From an uncultured Candidatus Saccharibacteria bacterium (lineage in GTDB: Bacteria; Patescibacteriota; Minisyncoccia; UBA6257; JACRHY01), in the NCBI GenBank assembly GCA_964360035.1, contig CAYHUJ010000002.1, forward strand, positions 1 to 50,314: 50,314 nucleotides of DNA. The letters are read 5' to 3'. The notes beneath the pieces were generated by a model. It did no database searches. It was given only the letters and a program-made list of their open reading frames with translations, and had not been told where the DNA came from. This document shows positions 5,593-12,783 of this stretch, piece after piece (the stretch's first letter is position 1; every line of letters starts with the position of its first letter). A program made the position numbers and the translations under genes.

Positions 5593-7901
5593 TTTACCCG
5601 TTACCCAACGTGAAAAGGCGCGTGTTAATCGCGGAAGACGAGGAAAACCTGGTCCGCGCTCTTCAGGACAATCTTGAAGCGGAGGGATACGGCGTTGATG
5701 TCGCTTACAACGGCGAAGAAGCGGTGGAGCATCTGCGCAATCAGATGCCCGACTTGATTCTTCTTGATCTTTTGATGCCCAAAAAGGACGGATTCTACGT
5801 GCTGGAGGAAGTCAAGAAAAGTTCTGAATTCAAGCGGATTCCCGTGTTGGTACTTTCCAACCTTGAAGGAGACGCCGAAATAAAACGCGCGCTGGAAATT
5901 GGAGCGGACGATTACTGCGTCAAATCTCAGCACTCAATGGAAGAAATTATTGAAAAGATAAAAAAATATCTCGGCGCGGGAGCGCGAATGGGATTAGCCG
6001 AAAGCGGCTTCGTGAAGCCGAAAAAATCGAAAGCGGAAATTTACAGGGAAAAAAGCGAGCGGGAGAAAATAATCAATGCCGCGAAAGCGGAAACCGAAGT
6101 CGCGTCGGCCGAAAAAGAGCGGGCGACGTCGGCTCTTGCCGAGGAGCGGCAGAAAGCCGAAGAAGCGATAACGCTGGAAAAAAGCCGCGCGGAAAAAATC
6201 ATCGCCGAAGAAAGAAAACGGGCGGAAGAGGCGCTGGCCGAAGAACGCCGAAAAGTCAAAGAGGCCGGGGAAAATCTGGAGCTTGAAAAGAAACGGAAAG
6301 AAGCCGCCGAGTTTAAAGAGCTGGTTTTGGAGGAAACGCTTGAGGAAGAAAAAAGAAAAGCGGGGGCGATTGTTTCCGAAGAAAGAAAACGGGCGGACTG
6401 GCTTATCGCGGAAGAGCGCGGGAAGGCCGAAACGCTTCTCGCCGAAAGGGAGCGTCTTGAAAGAGCGCTGGCGGAAGAACGGAGGAAGGAAGAGGCCGTT
6501 TTGGATGAGCTCCGAAAGACCGGAGTTGAACGAGCCGCCGCCGAAGCGGAGCGGGTTGCCGCGGAAAAAAGAGCGGAGGCGGCGCTGGCGGGAAAAAAAT
6601 CAGCGGAAGCGAGGGGAAAAATTTTGGAAGCGGGAAAACGACAAGCGGAAGAGGCGCTGGCTGAAGAAAAAAGAAAGGAAGAGCTACTGCTTGCCGAAGA
6701 GCGGAAAAAGACCGGGGCGATTTTGGCTGAAAAAAACCGGACAGAAGCGGCTCTCGCCGGAGAGCGGGAAAAAGAGCGGGTTATTTTAGCCGAGGTTGAA
6801 AAGACCAATGTTGAACAAGCCACCGCAAAAAGAGAAGCGGAAGCCGTCTTGGCGGAAAAAGAACGGATGGCAAAAGAAGAAAAACAGCTGGAATCTGAAA
6901 TAAAAATCGCCCGAAAACGGGCGGAGCGGGCGCGGCTGGCTCTCGCCGAAGAAAGAGCGAAAGAGAAATTGGCGTCCAAGGCGGCGACGTCGGCTCTTGC
7001 CGAGGAGCGGCAGAAAGCCGAAGAAGCGATAACGCTGGAAAAAAGCCGCGCGGAAAAAATCATCGCCGAAGAAAGAAAACGGGCGGAAGAGGCGCTGATA
7101 ATGGAGGAGAAAAGGAGGGGAGTTGAATCGGTATTGCTTGAGACCTCCTTGTCCGCGAAAAAAAGGAAGGAGGCGGAAGAAATAAAAAAGACGCGGGAAG
7201 CGTTTCAAAAAGAAAGCGGAAAACTCAAAAAGGCCCTGGCCGCCGAGAAAAAGCGGCTGGCGGAAGAAAAGAAAAAGGAAAGAGCCGCCGTCCTCGCCGA
7301 AAGAAAGAAGGCGCGGTGGGCGCTTATTGCCGAAAGGAAGCGGCTGGCCGAAGAAAAAAAGAAGGGGAAAGCGGCTGTTATTCGGGAAAGAAAACGGGAA
7401 GGGGAACGAAAAAGGAAAGAAGAAAAAGAGAAAATTATCGCCGAGAGGAAGAAGGCCGGATCTGTTCTCGCGAAAAGAGGCGAAAAATTCAGAGAAATTT
7501 TGGCCGTGAAAAAACAGGAGAAAAAACAGGCAGTCCGGGCCGAAAGGGAGAGAATAAAATCAGCCCTATTGGAAAAAAGAAAAAAAATTATTCGAGCCGT
7601 CGTCTTCGCGCAAAAAATGAAAGAAGAGCGGAAAATTCTCGTCGGGAAGGAAAGGGCGCGGGCGGTTCTCCTCGCCGAGAAAAAGCGGCTGGCGGAAGAA
7701 AAGAAAAAGGAAAGAGCCGCCGTCCTCGCCGAAAGAAAGAAGGCGCGGTGGGCGCTTATTGCCGAAAAAAGAAAAGAACGGGCGGTTCTGGCCGCGGAGA
7801 AAAGAAAAGGGGCCGCGACTCTCGCGATGGCGAGAAGAAAAGCCGAAAAAGCGAAAATGGCCCTCGCGAAAATCGAAAAACAAGTTAAAAAAGCCCTTTA
7901 A
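5589..7901 (+). CDS. Response regulator: N-terminal REC fused to ~640 aa of periodic E/R/K/A-rich helical repeat
   Basis: The first ~130 aa are a close paralog of the preceding REC, including a 35-nt identical DNA run (5359-5393 = 5757-5791). The rest is a single open frame of motifs such as ALAEERQKAEEAI, IIAEERKRAEEAL and LLAEERKKTGAIL. The start overlaps the upstream stop (ATGA at 5589-5592). Confidence 0.85.
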   Translation: MIYPLPNVKRRVLIAEDEENLVRALQDNLEAEGYGVDVAYNGEEAVEHLRNQMPDLILLDLLMPKKDGFYVLEEVKKSSEFKRIPVLVLSNLEGDAEIKRALEIGADDYCVKSQHSMEEIIEKIKKYLGAGARMGLAESGFVKPKKSKAEIYREKSEREKIINAAKAETEVASAEKERATSALAEERQKAEEAITLEKSRAEKIIAEERKRAEEALAEERRKVKEAGENLELEKKRKEAAEFKELVLEETLEEEKRKAGAIVSEERKRADWLIAEERGKAETLLAERERLERALAEERRKEEAVLDELRKTGVERAAAEAERVAAEKRAEAALAGKKSAEARGKILEAGKRQAEEALAEEKRKEELLLAEERKKTGAILAEKNRTEAALAGEREKERVILAEVEKTNVEQATAKREAEAVLAEKERMAKEEKQLESEIKIARKRAERARLALAEERAKEKLASKAATSALAEERQKAEEAITLEKSRAEKIIAEERKRAEEALIMEEKRRGVESVLLETSLSAKKRKEAEEIKKTREAFQKESGKLKKALAAEKKRLAEEKKKERAAVLAERKKARWALIAERKRLAEEKKKGKAAVIRERKREGERKRKEEKEKIIAERKKAGSVLAKRGEKFREILAVKKQEKKQAVRAERERIKSALLEKRKKIIRAVVFAQKMKEERKILVGKERARAVLLAEKKRLAEEKKKERAAVLAERKKARWALIAEKRKERAVLAAEKRKGAATLAMARRKAEKAKMALAKIEKQVKKAL
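6122..6236 (+). repeat. 115-bp perfect intragenic direct repeat, copy 1 (partner 6983-7097)
   Basis: Compared base by base, ggcgacgtcggctcttgccgaggagcggcag...gggcggaagaggcgctg is identical at an offset of 861 bp (in frame). It encodes ATSALAEERQKAEEAITLEKSRAEKIIAEERKRAEEAL. Confidence 0.9.
6983..7097 (+). repeat. 115-bp perfect intragenic direct repeat, copy 2 (partner 6122-6236)
   Basis: See the partner entry. Identity ends at 6237/7098 (g versus a). Confidence 0.9.
7241..7335 (+). repeat. 95-bp perfect intragenic direct repeat, copy 1 (partner 7673-7767)
   Basis: cgccgagaaaaagcggctggcggaagaaaagaaaaagg...gcgcttattgccgaaa is identical at an offset of 432 bp (in frame). It encodes AEKKRLAEEKKKERAAVLAERKKARWALIAE. 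Confidence 0.9.
7673..7767 (+). repeat. 95-bp perfect intragenic direct repeat, copy 2 (partner 7241-7335)
   Basis: See the partner entry. The flanking bases differ (c7240 versus t7672, g7336 versus a7768). Confidence 0.9.
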
Positions 7902-7922
7902 CCGATTCAGCCGAAAAGTTAA

Positions 7923-10904
7923 ATGAAATTTACGGCGAATTTGATAAAAAAAACGGGGTTTGTTCTTATTATGGCCATTGTCGTCGGCCTGCTGTTTTCC
8001 GGCGGCCCGTTTTTTTTCCGTATTCCGGCGGCCCGCGCGGCGGTTGCTTTCGTCGGTTGTGGCGCGGCCAGCGCGGTTGGAAGCGGTAATATGACATCAG
8101 TGGGAATCCCTTCCGGAATTCAGAATAACGACATTCTTATCACTTATGTTCATACCAGGGACAACGTGGATTCTTCCATGCCGGCCGACTGGACCAATAA
8201 CGTTGCCGGCAACGGCAATACGACCAATCGGCTGGAAATTTTCTGGAAAAGAACTGCCGGCTCCGAGTCCGCCCCGACCGTTACCCATTCCGGCGGCGAT
8301 TCATCCATTGCAACGATGTGCGCCTTTCGGGAGGTTGACACGGCGGGCAGCCCCTTTAACGCCGTCGGTTCCGTGCAGAGCAATGCCGGCTCTCCCATAA
8401 GCACCGCCGCGATTTCCACGACGGTAAACAACGCGATGATAATTCACGTTTTTGGTTCCAATGACAACAACGCCTGGGGAAGCTACACGGGCATTCCGAC
8501 AAACGAAGCGGCGCAAAACGATAATGCCAGCGGATCGGACGACAGCTCGGGGATGACTTACGGCGCGCAGTCAACGGCGGGTTCCACGGGAACGGCGGGG
8601 GCGTCCCAAACACTTCGCGGTCCCGACGCCGGCGTTTCCGTATTAATGGCATTAAGGCCGTTTGTCGCGGTTACGACTTTAGGCGACGGCAGCGACCCCT
8701 CCAACGCCGCCGTTGCTCCGGGGGCGGCCGCGACCGATTTGGATGCGTTCACTCTACAAACAAACACGGGCGCCGATACGGTTACTGCGGCAACAGTCAC
8801 CTTATCGGCGGGTTCCTCCGGCGGGCTTTCTCTGGTCGCTATCACCAACGACGCCGGCTCCGTCACTTATTGCTCGCAGGCGGATCCGCCTTCCGATTCC
8901 GTTTCCCTTTCTTCCTGCGGAATCCCCGTAACCACCTCTTTAACTCAATTTAAAATCAGAATTACTCCCAAAATTCACGCCGATATGCCGGTTCCCCCGG
9001 GTTCTGATTATTCCGTTACCGGAACAATTACTTCATTTACCAGCACCAATTCCCAGTCGGGCGCTGATGCGGACAGCGCCACGGTAACGATTGACAACGC
9101 CTCGCCGGCAAACGTTACCGGAGCGAGCGGAACCGCCGGCGATTCCCAGGTTTCTTTAAGCTGGACCAATCCCGCGGACTCGGATTTTCACAGCGCGGTT
9201 GTTTTAAGAAGGGCCGGAGCGGCGACAAGCGACGCGCCCGCGGAAGGAGCCGTTTACGTCGTCGGTAACGCGGTCGGCTCGTCGATTGTCGCTTGCGTCG
9301 TCGCGTCGCCGTCAAGCGGCTGCGCCGACACCGGCCTTACCAACGGCACCGAGTATCATTATCGGATTTTTGCGAGGGATAACAACGTTAATTATTCCGA
9401 TACCGGCGCAGTACCGACAGGTTCGCCATTTACGCCCGTCGCAACTCCCGACACCACCCCGCCCGCGGCGGTTACCGACCTTGCGCTTTCAGACGCCTCT
9501 GATTCCGCGATAACGGTTTCCTGGACCGCGCCCGGCGATGACGGCAACACGGGAACGGCGACAAGTTATGATTTGCGGTATTCAACCTCTCTCATCACGG
9601 CCGGAAATTTTGATTCCGCGACGCAGGTAACGGGCGAACCGGCTCCGCAACCCGCGGGCACTTCCCAGTCAAAAGTTGTCTCGGGGCTTTCTCCGAGCAC
9701 GCTGTATTATTTCGCGCTGAAGACCTCCGATGAAGTGCCGAATGTTTCGGCGATGTCAAACGTGCCGAGCGGCACGACTTCCGTTACTCCCGACACCACC
9801 CCGCCCGCGGCGGTTACCGATTTGGCCACCGGAACGGTGACTTCCTCGTCCATAGCCATTTCCTGGACCGCGCCCGGCGATGACGGCAACACGGGAACGG
9901 CGACAAGTTATGATTTGCGGTATTCAACCTCTCTCATCACGGCCGGAAATTTTGATTCCGCGACGCAGGTAACGGGCGAACCGGCTCCGCAACCCGCGGG
10001 CACTTCCCAGTCAAAAGTTGTCTCGGGGCTTTCTCCGAGCACGCTGTATTATTTCGCGCTGAAGACCTCCGATGAAGTGCCGAATGTTTCGGCGATGTCA
10101 AACGTGCCGAGTTTGGCCACCGCGGCCGAAGGAGGCGGAGTGCCGCAGCCGTCCGCCGGCGGCGGAGGGCCGGGGGTCGCGCCGCGCCGCGCCGTTTTTT
10201 CCGGTCAAGCGTATCCTCAAAGCAAAATAGAAATCTTGCGGAAAAGCATGACGGACGAGATTTACGCGCAGGTGCCGTCGGAACATTCCCAAATAAATCC
10301 AGACGGAACGTTTCTGATTTCATTTACCGGCCTTATCGGCGCCGATTATCTCTTTGCTCTTCGCGCGTATGACAAAGATAACCGCAATACCGGCGTATTA
10401 ACGTTTAACGTGTCGCTTTTCGGCGACTTATTTGAAGCGAAAGACATCCTCGTTTCGCCTACGGTCGGTTTGAGCAAATCTTTAATTTCCAAAAACGACG
10501 TTGTTAAATTAAGGGGTTACGCCGGTCCCGGTTTCGTGGTAAAATTAGAAGTAGACGGATTAAAGCGCGAAGACGTCAAGGCGGATTCGTCCGGATTGTG
10601 GAGTTTTGATCTGGGCGTCACTTATCTGACTTACGGCGATCATCGCGTCAGGGCGCGGCAGGTTTCGCCCGACGGGAAAACGGCGAGTAATTTTTCACTT
10701 TCGCGCATTTTCAGAATTTCGCAGATGCCTTCGCTCAAGGCGGATATCAACAACGACGGCATGGTGACAATCGGTGATTGGAGCATTTTTCTTTTCCGAT
10801 GGGGAAGCAAAAACGAGGAATTACGAATGAAAAACGATCTTAATAACGACGGAAAAGTAAATGTATTTGATTTGAGTATTTTTCTTCAAGCAATGAGAAA
10901 ATAA
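7923..10904 (+). CDS. Large secreted/surface protein: N-terminal TM/signal, unknown ~230-aa domain, FN3-like repeats, Ig-like domains, C-terminal dockerin
   Basis: The hydrophobic N-terminus is GFVLIMAIVVGLLFSGGPFFF. Two near-identical FN3-like units follow (ISWTAPGDDGNTGTATSYDLRYS...LSPSTLYYFALKTSDE). The C-terminal pair of Ca-binding dockerin segments is DINNDGMVTIGDWSIF and DLNNDGKVNVFDLSIF, at about 10739-10901. Confidence 0.85.
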   Translation: MKFTANLIKKTGFVLIMAIVVGLLFSGGPFFFRIPAARAAVAFVGCGAASAVGSGNMTSVGIPSGIQNNDILITYVHTRDNVDSSMPADWTNNVAGNGNTTNRLEIFWKRTAGSESAPTVTHSGGDSSIATMCAFREVDTAGSPFNAVGSVQSNAGSPISTAAISTTVNNAMIIHVFGSNDNNAWGSYTGIPTNEAAQNDNASGSDDSSGMTYGAQSTAGSTGTAGASQTLRGPDAGVSVLMALRPFVAVTTLGDGSDPSNAAVAPGAAATDLDAFTLQTNTGADTVTAATVTLSAGSSGGLSLVAITNDAGSVTYCSQADPPSDSVSLSSCGIPVTTSLTQFKIRITPKIHADMPVPPGSDYSVTGTITSFTSTNSQSGADADSATVTIDNASPANVTGASGTAGDSQVSLSWTNPADSDFHSAVVLRRAGAATSDAPAEGAVYVVGNAVGSSIVACVVASPSSGCADTGLTNGTEYHYRIFARDNNVNYSDTGAVPTGSPFTPVATPDTTPPAAVTDLALSDASDSAITVSWTAPGDDGNTGTATSYDLRYSTSLITAGNFDSATQVTGEPAPQPAGTSQSKVVSGLSPSTLYYFALKTSDEVPNVSAMSNVPSGTTSVTPDTTPPAAVTDLATGTVTSSSIAISWTAPGDDGNTGTATSYDLRYSTSLITAGNFDSATQVTGEPAPQPAGTSQSKVVSGLSPSTLYYFALKTSDEVPNVSAMSNVPSLATAAEGGGVPQPSAGGGGPGVAPRRAVFSGQAYPQSKIEILRKSMTDEIYAQVPSEHSQINPDGTFLISFTGLIGADYLFALRAYDKDNRNTGVLTFNVSLFGDLFEAKDILVSPTVGLSKSLISKNDVVKLRGYAGPGFVVKLEVDGLKREDVKADSSGLWSFDLGVTYLTYGDHRVRARQVSPDGKTASNFSLSRIFRISQMPSLKADINNDGMVTIGDWSIFLFRWGSKNEELRMKNDLNNDGKVNVFDLSIFLQAMRK
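9444..10111 (+). repeat. Tandem duplication, period 342 bp (114 codons), inside the dockerin protein gene
   Basis: 9444-9478 matches 9786-9820. 9519-9769 matches 9861-10111, apparently base for base. The ~40 nt between these blocks has diverged. Confidence 0.9.
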
Positions 10905-10917
10905 CCGTCTTAAACTT

Positions 10918-12666
10918 ATGCGCAAGCATTATTTTGTAATAATTTTCACACTCTCGCTTTTTCTGGCGCTGACTCGGGGGGCGTTGGCGGCGAGCATTTA
11001 CCTATTGCCCGAGCAGCGCGCCATTAATCGCGGAGAGATTTTTGTCGTAGACGTTAAAATAGATTCCGAAGGGGAAGATATCAATGCCGCCGAAGCGAGG
11101 ATAAGCTGGCCGGCGGGCGTTTTAGAATTTGTTGAAGCGAGCAAAAACGGTTCGGTGTTCAATTTTTGGGTGGAAGAGCCGCAATTTTCCGCCTCGTCCA
11201 ATTCCGTGAGGTTTATTAGCGGAACCACCAACGGCGTTTCGGGCGGGGCGCTGCAGGTTTTAAAAATTAAATTTAAAGGGGCGGGTAGCGGCATCGCGGA
11301 CGTTTCAATTGCCGATGCCGCCGTAATCGCGGCGGACGGCAAGGGAACAAACGTGTTATCTCGAGTCGGGAGCGCGAGCTACCGCGTCGGCATAGAGGCC
11401 GCACAGCCGGAAGCCGCCGTTCCGTCCCGGGAAGCGCCGCAGCCGGTGCCCATTGACAGGAAAGTTGTTCCCGCCGCAAAACTGCCGCAGAAACCGAATG
11501 TTTCCGTACCTCTTTATCCTGACCAAGAGAAATGGCACAACTATTTTGGCGAAGCGGTTGTCTTATGGGATGTGCCCGAAGACGTCGTAAAAATCGCCGT
11601 TTCGGCAGACCAAAGCCCCAAAGCGGAGCCGATGAGCGTTGAAGAAAAACTTTTTACCGGTAAAAAGCTTGGAGTTTTGGAAGAGGGGATATGGTATGTC
11701 CACGCGCAATTCAAGAACAACATCGGTTGGGGTCCCGTGGCGCATTACCGCATCGCGATTGATGCCGCGCCGCCGCTTGAATTTGAGATAACCGCGAGCG
11801 AAGGGGAGGTGACGGACAACCCCGCTCCGGTTCTCCAGTTTAAAACTTCCGACGCCCTTTCTGGTCTTGTGTGGTATCGGGTAAAAATAGACGGCGACGA
11901 GCCGATAAAAATAGACGCGAAAGATTTCAACGGCAGTTTCACTTTGCCGCTGCAGCCGCCGGGCGCGCGCCGGGTGGTCGTAAAGGCGTGGGATTTGGCG
12001 GGAAACAGCGTTACCGACGACATTAATTTGGAAATTCTTCCCATTCCGTCGCCTAATATCACTTTTGTCACCGCGGAACTTTTTTCCGACGAGGAAAGGG
12101 GTTTGACGGTGAAAGGAACGGCGCTGCCCGGCCTTGATGTTTTGTTGCGAGTTTGGCAACTTTTGGACGCGGAAAGGGGCGAAATGGTTGTTGAGAGCAT
12201 CGCTTTGGCGGACGAGAAGGGCGTATGGGAAACGACATTTGACAAGCTATTGCGGAACGGCCGGTATGTTGTCGCGGCCCAAAGCCGGGACGTCCGCGGC
12301 GCGTTGAGTTTGGGGGTGGATTCGCCGGAGGTGCTGGTAAAATCAAAGCCAATTATTCAAATCGGTTTCATCCAGCTTGGCAAAGGCGGCGCGGCGCTGC
12401 TTCTGCTCGTGATTTTGGTGGCGGGATTCGGCGGCGGCGTGTGGTTTTACAGGAAACGGCAGGAAAAATTGGCGTTGCGGGTTTCTTTCGCGGCGTCGGA
12501 AATCGCGAAAATATTCCAGCTTTTAAAATCGGACCTTGATCGGCTTCGCTTGTCGCTGCGGACGCCCGCGACGGAAGACGATGAATACGCCCTTAAAAAA
12601 ATGGAGGAGAACCTTCAGAAAATGGAAATGTATCTCAAAAAGGGAGTTGAGAAGATAAAGAAATAG
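10918..12666 (+). CDS. Cohesin-domain protein with Ig-like modules, C-terminal TM anchor and short cytoplasmic coiled-coil tail
   Basis: A signal-like N-terminus is followed by IYLLPEQRAINRGEIFVVDVKIDSEGEDINAAEARISWPAGVLEFVE...GALQVLKIKFKGAGSGIADVSI. This is the cohesin-type beta-sandwich pattern (best-scoring strand motifs: F.V.V......INA.......D...L). The TM helix GGAALLLLVILVAGFGGGVWFY lies near 12381-12452 and is followed by RKRQEK. Confidence 0.8.
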   Translation: MRKHYFVIIFTLSLFLALTRGALAASIYLLPEQRAINRGEIFVVDVKIDSEGEDINAAEARISWPAGVLEFVEASKNGSVFNFWVEEPQFSASSNSVRFISGTTNGVSGGALQVLKIKFKGAGSGIADVSIADAAVIAADGKGTNVLSRVGSASYRVGIEAAQPEAAVPSREAPQPVPIDRKVVPAAKLPQKPNVSVPLYPDQEKWHNYFGEAVVLWDVPEDVVKIAVSADQSPKAEPMSVEEKLFTGKKLGVLEEGIWYVHAQFKNNIGWGPVAHYRIAIDAAPPLEFEITASEGEVTDNPAPVLQFKTSDALSGLVWYRVKIDGDEPIKIDAKDFNGSFTLPLQPPGARRVVVKAWDLAGNSVTDDINLEILPIPSPNITFVTAELFSDEERGLTVKGTALPGLDVLLRVWQLLDAERGEMVVESIALADEKGVWETTFDKLLRNGRYVVAAQSRDVRGALSLGVDSPEVLVKSKPIIQIGFIQLGKGGAALLLLVILVAGFGGGVWFYRKRQEKLALRVSFAASEIAKIFQLLKSDLDRLRLSLRTPATEDDEYALKKMEENLQKMEMYLKKGVEKIKK

Positions 12667-12674
12667 GATTTAAT

Positions 12675-12698
12675 GCCCCGCGAGGAGTCCCGCGGGGC
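12675..12698 (+). terminator. GC-rich hairpin after the cohesin gene (possible terminator, no U-tract)
   Basis: GCCCCGCG (12675-12682) pairs with CGCGGGGC (12691-12698) around an 8-nt loop. No T-run follows, so a terminator role is uncertain. Confidence 0.3.
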
Positions 12699-12747
12699 CT
12701 ACCCGCAACGCCGGCAAAATGACGGCAAAAGCGGCGCCAATTCGCGG

Positions 12748-12776
12748 TTGCCATTTTTAGAGAAGGCGTGTTTAAT
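12748..12776 (+). promoter_or_regulatory. Sigma70-like promoter for dnaG: TTGCCA-17-TTTAAT, 7 nt before the ATG
   Basis: The -35 is at 12748-12753 and the -10 at 12771-12776. The ATG is at 12784 and no Shine-Dalgarno lies between them. Confidence 0.45.
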
Positions 12777-12783
12777 TTAAGCG

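Noticed and set aside
6041-7063. 340-aa minus-strand ORF rich in Ser/Ala/Arg, plus alternative-frame plus-strand ORFs at 6283-6789, 7316-7888 and 6786-7208
   Set aside because: They lie entirely within the GAA/GCG/AAA-rich repeat region of the REC-repeat gene. Such purine-biased repeats stay open in several frames. Only the frame continuous with the REC domain has a coupled start and a coherent periodic motif.
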